This document shows, one piece after another, positions 27,522 to 39,526 of a stretch of DNA of 64,000 nucleotides. Within the stretch, counting starts at the first letter, position 1; each line of letters begins with the position of its first letter. The position numbers were made by a program, and so were the translations under genes. The stretch is from Planctomycetota bacterium (GTDB lineage: Bacteria > Planctomycetota > UBA1135 > UBA2386): NCBI GenBank assembly GCA_965228735.1, contig OZ245838.1:2432001-2496000 (forward strand). Reading direction: 5' to 3'. Below the pieces are notes generated by a model. The model had not been told where the DNA came from, ran no database searches, and saw nothing but the letters and a program-made list of their open reading frames with translations.

Positions 27522-28778
27522 ATGGCACCGTGCTACCATCGTCCCGTGCGATCCCTGCTGCTCGGCGCCTGGCTGACGACCGTCGTGACGGCGCAGGAAC
27601 CCGCAGTCGCGGCACCCGCTGCCACGGCCACGAGCGCGATGCTCACAGCGCTCGACGCGCTCGAACCACGGGATGGCTGGCTCGCGACGCCGCCCGGATT
27701 GCAGCCCGAACTGTGGCAGTACTACCGCGGCGCGTTCGGCATCGCGCCCGCCGGCAACGAACCCGACGAAGCCCGGGTCGCGCTCGGCCGGCTGCTCTTC
27801 TTCGACCAACGGCTGTCGCACGACCGCACGCTCGCGTGCGCGAGTTGCCACGACCCGCGGCACGCGTTCGCCGATCCGCGGCCGCGGTCGATCGGGATCC
27901 GCGGGCAGGTGCTCGCGCGCAACACGCCGACGATCATGAACGCCGCGCTGCAGAAGCGCTGGCTCTGGGACGGCCGCGCGAGTTCGCTCGAGGAGCAGGC
28001 CGCGGGCCCGCTCCTCAACCCGGCCGAGATGGGCATGCCCGACCGCGCCACGGTCGTCGAGCGGGTCTCCGAGGAGCCCGAGTACGTCGCGCTGTTCGAG
28101 CTCGCCTACGGCCGCGCGCCCGAGTTCGACGACGTCACGCGCGCGCTGGCCGCGTTCCAACGGACGCTCGTGTTCGTCGACGCGCCGTTCGACGCGTTCC
28201 GGGCCGGCGATGACGACGCGATCTCCGGAGCCGCGAAACAGGGATTCGAGCTGTTCGCCGAACACTGCCGCTCGTGTCACCCGGTCAGCCTGCGCGAGCC
28301 GCTGCTCGCGGACGGCAACTTCCACAACGTCGGCATCGGCTTCGACAGGGTCGACCACAAGGAACTGTCGCGGTCCGCATTCGCGCGCCTGCGCGCGGCC
28401 GGCACGGAGCCCGACGCGCCGGCCGGCGAGCTGCCGGCCGACGTCATCGGCGAGTTCGGCGAGCTCGGCCGCGCGCTCGTGTCCAAGCTCGAGTATCAGG
28501 TCGGCGCGTTCCGCACCGCGCAGCTGCGCAACGTCGCGTTGACCGCGCCCTACATGCACGACGGCTCGCTCACGACGCTCTGGCAGGTCGTCGATCACTA
28601 CCGGCAGGGCGGCAGCCCCAACACGTGGCAAGACCCGCGAATCGAGAAGCTGGACCTGACCGACGAACAGGTCGATCAGATCGTGGCGTTCCTGTTCACG
28701 TTGACGGACCGCCGCTTCGCCGCCGCGAACGCGCGCGCGTTTGCGGAACAGCAGCGGGGTCCGCGGCGGCGGCCGTAG
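27522..28778 (+). CDS. Di-heme cytochrome c peroxidase / MauG family; start uncertain
   Basis: LGRLLFFD, CASCH, RNTPT, WDGRA, CRSCH, LRNVALTAPYMHDGS. Confidence 0.92.
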   Translation: MAPCYHRPVRSLLLGAWLTTVVTAQEPAVAAPAATATSAMLTALDALEPRDGWLATPPGLQPELWQYYRGAFGIAPAGNEPDEARVALGRLLFFDQRLSHDRTLACASCHDPRHAFADPRPRSIGIRGQVLARNTPTIMNAALQKRWLWDGRASSLEEQAAGPLLNPAEMGMPDRATVVERVSEEPEYVALFELAYGRAPEFDDVTRALAAFQRTLVFVDAPFDAFRAGDDDAISGAAKQGFELFAEHCRSCHPVSLREPLLADGNFHNVGIGFDRVDHKELSRSAFARLRAAGTEPDAPAGELPADVIGEFGELGRALVSKLEYQVGAFRTAQLRNVALTAPYMHDGSLTTLWQVVDHYRQGGSPNTWQDPRIEKLDLTDEQVDQIVAFLFTLTDRRFAAANARAFAEQQRGPRRRP

Positions 28779-28798
28779 GGTGCTGCTTCGGAAGCGCT

Positions 28799-31700
28799 CT
28801 ATCGACCACCACCAGAGCGCGACGCCCCCGCGGGCACCGCACCGCGCTGCAGCCGCTTGGCCGCCGCCGGCACGATGTCCGGACGGCCGCGCTGGCGCTC
28901 GGCCTCGACGTCCTCGGCCAGCGCCTTCACGGCACGCTGCAGCTGGGCGTCCGGGCCGTTGGGCTCGTTCCAGAGCGGCAGGTCGGGGAGGCAGCCGTTC
29001 AGCTCCATGTCCTCACCCGTGCTCACGAGATACCAGCCGCGCATCGGCATCCGCACGCGGCTGCCGTCGACGAGGCTGACCGAGCCCGTGCTGATCACGC
29101 CGCCGCCCGTGCGCATGCCGACCACGCGGCCGCGGCCGAGCTGCTTGACGGCGTGGCTCAGGATCTCGGCGTTGCTGAACGAGTGCTCGTTGCACATGAG
29201 CACGATCGGCTTGCCCCAGCTGGCGTAGACCTTGCGATCGACGGGGTAGCCCTCGCCGCTGCCGCGCGACTGCGTGATCGCGTGCACCGGCTGGGTCAGG
29301 ATCGTCATGACGCGATCGGCCGTGCTGCCGCCGCCGTTGAAGCGGACGTCGATGATCAGGCCGTCCTTGCCGTGGCCGGCCGCGTAGATGTCCTCCTCCA
29401 TCTGGCGGAGGCTGCCCATGTTCATGCCGCGGATGTGCAGGTAGCCGAGCTTGTTGCCCGACAGCTCATCGACCTTGGCACGCGTGTTGTCGACCCACTC
29501 GTCGTAGAGCAGCCCGGCGACCGAGCTGACCGGTCGCACGGCCACCTCGCGTTCGGTGCCGTCTGCGGCGGCGACCACGAGCTCGACGTCGCGCGCCTGA
29601 TCCATGGTCAACAACGCGTCCAGGTCCGAGGTCGCGGTCAGGCGCTCGCCGTCGACGGCGCGCAGGGTCTCGCCGGCCGCGACGAGGCTGCGGGCCTGCG
29701 ACGTCGGACCGCCCGGGATCACGCTCGTGACCGGGAAACCCCGATCGGTCGGCGTTCCGAACCGCAGCCCGAGATGGTAGGTCGTCGGCGACCATGCGCT
29801 GGCCTCCGACGGCCGCGGCAGCGGTTCGTCACCGCCGCTGTGGCCCATGTGCGACGCGTTGAGCTCGCCGAGCATCAGGTTCATCAGGTCGTTGAACTCC
29901 GCGCGGCCGAGACACGACGCGGCGGCCGGCCGGTACTTGGCGCGCACGGCGTTCCAGTCCCGGTTGTTCATCTCCGGGTCGTAGAAGCGGTCACGCATCG
30001 CGCGCCAGCCCTGATCGAACGCCAGCTGCCGCAGCTCGGTCCAGTCGCGCTCCTCGCGCACGGAGAATTCGAACTTCTCGATCTTGCCCGAGGCCGACAT
30101 CGAGGCCGGCGTGCCGCCCCCACCGCCACGGAAGAACCGCCGCCGACCGCCCGCGGCAGCCGAACTCGATGAGCCGCTCGCGAGACCGACCATCTGGTTG
30201 CCTTCCTCGAGCCAGACTGCGCGCGACAGACCGCTGTCGGCGACCTTCTTGGGTCGACCGACCTTCGGGAACTCGACCGCGTAGATCCCGCGCTTGTTGT
30301 CGACCGTGGCCGAGAACAGCAGCTTCTTGCCATCGGGCGAGAAGATCAGGCCACCCTCGCGCGAGTCGGGGATCGAGATGCGATGGATGCGATCGAGCAG
30401 CCCGTCGAACTCGATTGCGACCTCGACCTTGGCCTTCTTCTCGTCGTCGTTCTCGTCGGCTGCCGCTTCCGCGGCCTTGCCCGCGCCCTTCTCGGCGTCG
30501 GCATTGGCGACGGCATCGCCGCTAGTGTCGGGCTTGGCGCCGTCCTTGCCCGGCTTGCCCTTGCCCTTCCGGCCCTTGCCCGGCTTGCTCTTCTTCATCG
30601 CGGCGAGGGCCTCCTCGAGCTTGCGGTCGCGCTCGGTCTGCTCCTCGACCTCACGCTCCAGGTTGACGTAGTAGACGTCGGTCTCGTCGTCACCGCGCGT
30701 CCCGGTGAACGCGATGCGCTTGCCGTCGCCCGACCAGACCGGCTGACCGTCGCGCGCCGGGTGCCGCGAGATGTTGAACGGCGACCGGCTGCGGTCGACG
30801 GGCGCGACCCAGACGTCGCTGTTGTAGTCGTCGTCCTGCGTGCTGTAGCAGACCCACTTGCCGTCGGGCGAGATGTCGTAGCTCGGACCCGACCACGTCT
30901 CGAGCACGAGCGTCGGCGCACCACCCGCGGCCGGCATCGTGTAGAGGTCGTGATCGCGCGTGAGGAACAGCGTCTCACCGTCGGGGCTCAGCCGCAGCGC
31001 GCGCTCGACCTCGCGGTCGTCGGTCACCTGCGTCGGCTCGAACGCCTCGCCCAGCCACCAGATGCCGTCCTCGTGCGGGCAGGCGACGGACCACAGATCC
31101 ATCTCGCCGCCCGCGTCACTGATGAACCACAGCGTCTTGCCGTCCTTGCTGAACACGAGGTCGGTCTCACGGCTCGGCGTCGTCGTCACCCGCACAGGCT
31201 CCTTGAGCACGCGATCCATGACGTAGACGTCCTCGCCGGAAACGAACGCCATCTGCTTGCCGTCCTGCGTGAACGCGACCGTCGCCGCACTGCTCTCGGT
31301 GCGGCGTTCGCGCTCGTGCGCGAACCGGTCGCCGGCCGCGACCAGCTCGATCTTCGCGACCTTGTCGTTCCGCGGATCGATGCGCACCAGCTCGAACAAC
31401 CGCCGCGCGATCATCGCCGAGCCGTCCTGCGAGAGCGCCGGGAACGCGATGCCGTCGTCGCTGCCGTCGGCCGCGCTGACATTGGTGACGCGACGCGCCT
31501 GCCCGCCGGCCAGCGCCCGGTAGTAGATGTCGAACGTGCCGTCCGGGTCGCTGAGGAAGTAGTAGCCCTCGCCGTCGGGCGCCCACATCGGATCGGTCTC
31601 GGCGACGTTCTGGAAGCCCTCGCGGTCCTCGGAGATGCGCGTGAGCTTCGCGGGCGTCGTCGCGAGATCGGCGAGCCACAGCTGTTCGGCCGAGGCGCCG

Positions 31701-32278
31701 CGGAAGCCCTTGCGCCACCAGCTCGTTCGCCCGCGCGTGAACAGCACCTTGCTGCCGTCCGGCGACAGCGCGGCCTTGCTGCAGCCGCTGTCGAACAGGA
31801 GCCGCTTGCCGCGTTCCCCCGCGACGTCGATCAGGTAGACCCGCTGCGACTCGCTGTAGTGGAAGTGCTCGTCCGTGCGCATCGCGACGACCATGTCCTT
31901 GCCGTCGTTGGCGAAGCCGATCAACCGCTTGCCGAGCGAGCCGTGCGTGATCTGCTCCGGCGCCCCGTCAGGCAGGGTCACGAAGTAGATCTGCCGATTG
32001 CCGCCACGGCTGCTCGTGAACGCGATGCGCTCACCGTCCGGATGGAACATCGGGTAGTCGTCGTCGCCCGGGTGCGTCGTGACCCGATGTGCCTCACCAC
32101 CGCTCGCAGAACTGACCCAGATGTCGCCGCGCCAGGCGAACGCGATCTGCTGACCGTCGGGACTGATCGCCGGGTGCCGCGGCACCAGGATGCGACGGTC
32201 GTCGTCGCTCTGCGCGAGCGCGGACGAGGCGAGGGACAGGGTCGTGCAGGCGATCGCGGCGAACAGGTTCGGAGTCAT
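28799..32278 (-). CDS. Tricorn-like S41 peptidase (TolB-type propellers, PDZ, S41 domain)
   Basis: Signal peptide; SPDG repeats; LGELNASH, DVRFNGGG, SFSNAE. Confidence 0.9.
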   Translation of the reverse strand: MTPNLFAAIACTTLSLASSALAQSDDDRRILVPRHPAISPDGQQIAFAWRGDIWVSSASGGEAHRVTTHPGDDDYPMFHPDGERIAFTSSRGGNRQIYFVTLPDGAPEQITHGSLGKRLIGFANDGKDMVVAMRTDEHFHYSESQRVYLIDVAGERGKRLLFDSGCSKAALSPDGSKVLFTRGRTSWWRKGFRGASAEQLWLADLATTPAKLTRISEDREGFQNVAETDPMWAPDGEGYYFLSDPDGTFDIYYRALAGGQARRVTNVSAADGSDDGIAFPALSQDGSAMIARRLFELVRIDPRNDKVAKIELVAAGDRFAHERERRTESSAATVAFTQDGKQMAFVSGEDVYVMDRVLKEPVRVTTTPSRETDLVFSKDGKTLWFISDAGGEMDLWSVACPHEDGIWWLGEAFEPTQVTDDREVERALRLSPDGETLFLTRDHDLYTMPAAGGAPTLVLETWSGPSYDISPDGKWVCYSTQDDDYNSDVWVAPVDRSRSPFNISRHPARDGQPVWSGDGKRIAFTGTRGDDETDVYYVNLEREVEEQTERDRKLEEALAAMKKSKPGKGRKGKGKPGKDGAKPDTSGDAVANADAEKGAGKAAEAAADENDDEKKAKVEVAIEFDGLLDRIHRISIPDSREGGLIFSPDGKKLLFSATVDNKRGIYAVEFPKVGRPKKVADSGLSRAVWLEEGNQMVGLASGSSSSAAAGGRRRFFRGGGGGTPASMSASGKIEKFEFSVREERDWTELRQLAFDQGWRAMRDRFYDPEMNNRDWNAVRAKYRPAAASCLGRAEFNDLMNLMLGELNASHMGHSGGDEPLPRPSEASAWSPTTYHLGLRFGTPTDRGFPVTSVIPGGPTSQARSLVAAGETLRAVDGERLTATSDLDALLTMDQARDVELVVAAADGTEREVAVRPVSSVAGLLYDEWVDNTRAKVDELSGNKLGYLHIRGMNMGSLRQMEEDIYAAGHGKDGLIIDVRFNGGGSTADRVMTILTQPVHAITQSRGSGEGYPVDRKVYASWGKPIVLMCNEHSFSNAEILSHAVKQLGRGRVVGMRTGGGVISTGSVSLVDGSRVRMPMRGWYLVSTGEDMELNGCLPDLPLWNEPNGPDAQLQRAVKALAEDVEAERQRGRPDIVPAAAKRLQRGAVPAGASRSGGGR

Positions 32279-32440
32279 TGGACGGTCTCGAAACGGGGTT
32301 GGGGTCGGACCCGGTATACCAAGGTCCTGGGCCCAGTCGGGCTTCGAGCCCCGAGCATGCAGTTCCGTTACGTTCGTGGCCGCGGCCCGTTCGCGGCATG
32401 GTGCGCACATGGCCGCTCCCCTAAGCTCCCGGCCGCCACC

Positions 32441-32970
32441 ATGGAGTCCGGACGAGGCGCGCCGAACGCAGAGCTGGCCGCGATGTTCGAGCGGCTGTAC
32501 GGCCGGCTGCAGGCGCGCGCCGGAGCGTTGCTCGCCGGCGAACGGCGCGGGCACACGCTCGAGCCGTCGGCGCTGCTGCACGAGGTCTACGTCCGGCTCG
32601 AGGGCACGGCCGGGCTGGAGTGGCGCAGCGCGACGCACTTCGAAGCGCTGACGGCGCGCGTCATGCGCCAGGTGCTCGTCGATCACGCCAAAGCCGCCAC
32701 GCGGCAGAAGCGAGGTGGCGGGGCGACCCGGGTGACGCTCGCAGAGACCCTGGTCGCGGGCGAGCCCGGGCTCGAGATCGAGATCCTCGCGCTGCACGAG
32801 GCGCTCGACCGCCTCGCCGAGGAGGACCCGCGCGCGGCCGGCGTGCTCGAGCTGCGGCTGTTCTCGTCGATGACGGTGCGCGAGGTCGCGACCGCGCTCG
32901 AGCTGTCGTACGACGAGGCCAAGAACGACTGGCTCTTTGCGCGGGCGTGGATCGCGCGCGAGCTGCGGCG

Positions 32971-32974
<4 letters not shown>
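32441..32974 (+). CDS. ECF sigma factor, planctomycete kinase-associated type
   Basis: HTLEPSALLHEVYVRL, MRQVLVDHA..KRGG, DWLFARAWI; ATGA overlap with the kinase. Confidence 0.9.
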
Positions 32975-35115
<2,141 letters not shown>

Positions 35116-35241
35116 ACCGCAGGTGGGGCCCTGGTTCGGGCCGCAGGGTGAGCCACGGTTTTTCTCGGATTCTCGCCCCACGTGGTCCCGCGATGTCGCG
35201 TCGCTGTCGGGTGCCTTTGCCCGATCGACCTCGCGACCAAC

Positions 35242-36366
35242 ATGATCCACCGCCTCCTCTCCCGTTGCCCGGCCCTGTTCACTCTCGCCCTCGTCCCGGC
35301 CCTCGCGTCGCAGACCCCGGTTGCGCTCGGGGACGCGGCCCGCGTGGCCAACATCACGAGCCCGGCCCAGAGCGACACCTACTTCTTCTCCGGCACGCAA
35401 GGGGACACGCTGCGCGTCGTGTTCAGCAGCCAGAACTCGGGCTACCCGAGCTACTCGTACTACCATCAGCTCGAACTGCGGCAGGGCACGACCGTGATCG
35501 GCAACGTGATCGCCGGTCTCGGCACCGAGACGGTGACGCTGCCCAACACCGGCTACTACACGCTGCACGTTCGCGCGCAGAACAACCAATCGACCGGTTG
35601 GTACGGCTTCAAGCTCGACCGGGTGAACGACCCGGTCGGCGCCGATCGCATGGCGCTCGACTGGAACCTCGAGGGTTCGCTGACGAGCGCGGCGGACTTC
35701 GCGGTGTACCAGATCCGGGCGGTCGCGGGCAGCCAGGCGCAGCTGACGTTCACGAGCGAGAACAGCGGCTACCCGAGCTACAACTACTACCACTACGCCG
35801 AGCTGCTCGGCGACGACGGCACGCAGATCGCGGCGGTGCAGGGCAACGGCGCGGCTCCGATCACGTTCACCGAGACCGGGGTCTACACGCTGTTCGTCGC
35901 CGCACAGAACTGGCAGAGCACCGGGTGGTACGCGGCCGCGCTCGAGTGTCAGTCGTGGCCGGTGACGGCGTGTGACGACGCAGCGCACAGCAGCAACTTC
36001 GGCGCGGGCCTGGCCGGGACCAACGGCGTGCCGAGCCTGACCACCGCAGCACCGCCGCAACTCGGCGCCATGCTCGATGTCAACGTCGGCAGCTCCGCGA
36101 CGCAGCCGACCACGGCGCTGCTGCTCATCGGCCTGAGCTCCGCGAACGATCCGCTGGCCGGCTACGGCGGCACGGTCCTGGTCGCCAACCCGACGCTGCA
36201 CGTGCTCTCCGGCGTGGCGCCGTCCGGCAGCACCCTGCAGTTCCCGATCCCCAACGACGCGCTGCTGCTCGGCCTCGGTTTCGCGGCGCAGAGTCTCGTC
36301 GTCGACGCGGGCGCGGTGAACGGGTTCGCGTTCTCGCCGGGACTGCTCGTTCTGTTGGGGAACTGA
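35242..36366 (+). CDS. Secreted protein with two tandem PPC-like beta domains and the shared C-terminal module
   Basis: Signal peptide; internal duplication NSGYPSYxYYH / TGxYTLxVxAQNxQSTGWY; ends IPNDALLLG..AQ..SPGLLVLLGN. Confidence 0.75.
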   Translation: MIHRLLSRCPALFTLALVPALASQTPVALGDAARVANITSPAQSDTYFFSGTQGDTLRVVFSSQNSGYPSYSYYHQLELRQGTTVIGNVIAGLGTETVTLPNTGYYTLHVRAQNNQSTGWYGFKLDRVNDPVGADRMALDWNLEGSLTSAADFAVYQIRAVAGSQAQLTFTSENSGYPSYNYYHYAELLGDDGTQIAAVQGNGAAPITFTETGVYTLFVAAQNWQSTGWYAAALECQSWPVTACDDAAHSSNFGAGLAGTNGVPSLTTAAPPQLGAMLDVNVGSSATQPTTALLLIGLSSANDPLAGYGGTVLVANPTLHVLSGVAPSGSTLQFPIPNDALLLGLGFAAQSLVVDAGAVNGFAFSPGLLVLLGN

Positions 36367-36404
36367 GCGGGCGGCAGCGCGGGATCTCACGCGCCGGCGA
36401 ATCG

Positions 36405-39400
36405 TCACTTCGTCAGCGTCATGTCGACCACGCCGCTGGCCGGGATCGACGCCCGCACGTTGCCGCTCCACCCGTCGGTCGTTCGGAACCGCAGTCGCAG
36501 CGTTCCCGCGGGCAACAGCACGCGCGCGGTCTCGTTGCCGGGCGGTCGTGCCAGATCGTGGCGCAGGACCTCGCGGCCGTCGGTGTCCTCGGCGATCAGG
36601 GTGCCGGTCCGCCGGCAGACGCCGGCCACCAGGAAACGTAGCTCGCACACGTGCGCGGGGTCGACACTCAGCTCGGCGCGTGTCGTCGATCCGCTCGTGA
36701 TCGCGAACTCGGCGGCGCCGACGAACGGCTTCGTCCCGCCACGCCGCAAGCTGACCCGATAGCCCGTCCCGGGCGGCAGGGTGTCCCACTGCGCCTGCTG
36801 ATTCGCGAGTCGAACGCTGCTCAGGAACCGCCCCTCGAGATACAGGTTGGCCACGCCGTTCGTGACATCACCGCCGGTGATGTTCACGACGGCACCGCCA
36901 GGTGTCGGGAGACGGACGTCGCCGAGGTCCACCGTCTGGTTCGGCAGCAGCTCGTGTTCACCGAGGTCGGCGATCACGACACCCTGGCGCCGCACCGCGA
37001 TCCGAATGCGCCCGGCCTTGCTCGGCCCGATGGCGAACTCACCGTTCTGCTCGACCCCGGCGAAATGGCCCATCGCTCCACCCACCCCGCTGCCGAGCGG
37101 CGTGACGGTCAGGTGCACCCGGGTCGCCGGCGCGCCATCCGCTTCGAGCAGCCGACCGCGCAGCCGCGCCGTTCTCGCCTCGCCCGGCGCGACCCGAAGA
37201 ACGAGCTCGGAGCCCACCGGCACGCCGCGTTGACCGACCCGCAGGGCGCCCTGACCCGGGTGCATGACCTCGGCGGTCACGGCATAGATGGCGTCCGCTC
37301 GCAGCGGGCCGATCATGAACTTGCCGCTGGCGTCCGTTCGGCCGGTCGCGTTGTCACGCTGCTGCCGCATGTTGGCGCAGGCGACGTACGCGCCAACCGC
37401 CGGCTTGCCGTCGACGCCGAGCACCACGCCGGTGATCGCCGGGCGCTTCGAGAGCAGCGGGTGCCAGGTGTATTCGGACCCCGACTCCAGCGTCAGCTCG
37501 GTCGTGCACGAACCGATCCCCTCCTTCCACGCCGTCAGCTCGACCGCGCCGCTCGGCAGGCTGTTCAGCTCGAAGCGACCGGCGGCATCCGTCGTGCTGC
37601 TCGACGACGCCAGCTCTGCGAGCGACCCGTGGTGCACCAACGCGTTCGGCACCGGCGTGCCGGTCTCGTCGGTCACGACACCGCGAACCGTTGGCGCGAC
37701 CTGCAGCCGCACGACAGCGCGGGTCACGGCGCTCGGCAGCAGCTCGTGCACACCATGCCATGGCGAGAAGCCTCTCGCCCGCACCTGCAAGGGCAACCTG
37801 CCGAGCGGCAGCGGCCCGAGCTCGGCCAGGCCACGCGCATCGGACGTACCCCGCTGCGGCGGCGGTGTCGCGCGGGTCATCGTCATGTCCAGCAGGTTTG
37901 GTGTCTCCGGCCCCGCGAGCACGTGGGCGTCGGCGATCGGCGAGCCCGCGGCATCGCGGACCTCGACGACCAGGGCGCTGCCTTCCGCCGTGAGCTGCAG
38001 CTCGACCTCGATGCCTTCGGGTGGCGCCGTGCCAGAACACGCGTAGATCGTCGGCGAAGGACCGAACCCGCGCTTGCTCGCCGACAGGCACTGCCGTTTG
38101 CCGAGGCGCGTCTCGAAGTTCCCGGCCGCATCCGTGCGGATCGTGTAGTTCCCGAACTGCCCGCGCCCGGGTCGACCGCCACGGGCCCGCGTCCGATACG
38201 TGATGTCGGAGGAGACCCAGACGTCGGCGTCCGGCACTCCGACGCCTTGTGGATCGACCACCTTGCCGCGCACGATGCCCCACGCTTCGAGCTCCAGGGC
38301 GACTGCGGTCGTCTCGCTCGATCGGACCGTCACCCGCTCGTGCTGGCCGGTGCTCGCGAACACCGTCACCTCGCCCACCGGAACATCCTCGATCGCGCAG
38401 CTCCCCGCGGCATCGGTCAACGCGCGCCGGGGCTGCAACTCCGCGAGCGACTCCCGCGCGCAGACGATCTCGATCGATTGCCGCACCGCCGGGGCGCCGT
38501 CGCTCTGCCAGCGCACCTGCACCTCGACTCGGCCAACGGGCGCCGTCGCGCCCCCTCGACTCCCGGAGGATGCCGCGGCGCGCATGGGTTCGCCCGACGA
38601 ATCGGTCGACGCATTCGGGTTGGCGGTGCTCGCGATCTCGGGACCACGACTCGCTGCCGGGTTCGACTCCGGCGCGATGGACTCCGCGCCGCGGTTGGTG
38701 AGCCACAACCCGAGCGCGACCAGGGCAGCGCCGATCATTCCGGCGAGGACCAGTTTCTTGTTCATGATTCCTGCTCCGAGCATGGCCGTCGCCCAGGTCG
38801 ACGCAGCCGGTGTCGTCGTCACGGCGAGTGGCTGGATCGCCGCGTCGCGCACGCGCGCGAGCACCGCCGTTCGTATCGCGGGCAACGCGTCGAGCGTCAC
38901 GGCCGTGGCGATCACGCTGGCAACAAAGCCGGACGGCAACCGCTTGCGCAGCATCTCCAGCCCGCGCGCGATCTGCGCTCGCACGGTCCCCGCCGGACGG
39001 TCGAGCAGCCTGGCGATCTCGTTGGCGCTCGATCCATGATCGAGATAGAGCTCCAGCACCGAACGATACGGCTGGCCGAGGCCGTCGCGGGCGCTCTCGA
39101 ACGCCGCGCGAAACTCCTGCAACTCCGCCGCTGCCGCCGGATCGCGATCCGGCTTCTCGAACGATCGGACGGGCCGCTGCGCCCGCCGACGTTCGGCCCG
39201 CGCGAGGTTCGCGACGATGCCGCACAACCACGGCATGACCGCGCGAGTCGTGTCGAACTCGGCGCGACGTTCGAGCGCAACGAGGAACGTGCTCTGCACC
39301 AGGTCCTCGGCACCCTGCCGGTCGTGGGCCAGGTAGGCCGCGATCTTCAGCAGCTCAGGCGCGGTGGCGTCGAACACGACACCGAGCGCGCGCGCATCGC

Positions 39401-39452
39401 CCGTCCGCAGGAAGCGACGGAACTGCCGATCGATTCGGGACAGCCGGAACAT
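36405..39452 (-). CDS. ECF sigma factor fused to a TM segment and carboxypeptidase-regulatory-like repeats
   Basis: AEDLVQSTF..PWLCGI (region 2); EIARLLDRPAGTVRAQIARG (region 4); TM helix; repeated GxVxDxxGxPV...TDAAGxF. Confidence 0.85.
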   Translation of the reverse strand: MFRLSRIDRQFRRFLRTGDARALGVVFDATAPELLKIAAYLAHDRQGAEDLVQSTFLVALERRAEFDTTRAVMPWLCGIVANLARAERRRAQRPVRSFEKPDRDPAAAAELQEFRAAFESARDGLGQPYRSVLELYLDHGSSANEIARLLDRPAGTVRAQIARGLEMLRKRLPSGFVASVIATAVTLDALPAIRTAVLARVRDAAIQPLAVTTTPAASTWATAMLGAGIMNKKLVLAGMIGAALVALGLWLTNRGAESIAPESNPAASRGPEIASTANPNASTDSSGEPMRAAASSGSRGGATAPVGRVEVQVRWQSDGAPAVRQSIEIVCARESLAELQPRRALTDAAGSCAIEDVPVGEVTVFASTGQHERVTVRSSETTAVALELEAWGIVRGKVVDPQGVGVPDADVWVSSDITYRTRARGGRPGRGQFGNYTIRTDAAGNFETRLGKRQCLSASKRGFGPSPTIYACSGTAPPEGIEVELQLTAEGSALVVEVRDAAGSPIADAHVLAGPETPNLLDMTMTRATPPPQRGTSDARGLAELGPLPLGRLPLQVRARGFSPWHGVHELLPSAVTRAVVRLQVAPTVRGVVTDETGTPVPNALVHHGSLAELASSSSTTDAAGRFELNSLPSGAVELTAWKEGIGSCTTELTLESGSEYTWHPLLSKRPAITGVVLGVDGKPAVGAYVACANMRQQRDNATGRTDASGKFMIGPLRADAIYAVTAEVMHPGQGALRVGQRGVPVGSELVLRVAPGEARTARLRGRLLEADGAPATRVHLTVTPLGSGVGGAMGHFAGVEQNGEFAIGPSKAGRIRIAVRRQGVVIADLGEHELLPNQTVDLGDVRLPTPGGAVVNITGGDVTNGVANLYLEGRFLSSVRLANQQAQWDTLPPGTGYRVSLRRGGTKPFVGAAEFAITSGSTTRAELSVDPAHVCELRFLVAGVCRRTGTLIAEDTDGREVLRHDLARPPGNETARVLLPAGTLRLRFRTTDGWSGNVRASIPASGVVDMTLTK

Positions 39453-39526
39453 GGATCACGGGTCCTTGCCCGTGCGTCCGATCATGCTGCACGAAATCCG
39501 GGCGCGTTCCCGGAACTACCGACGAA

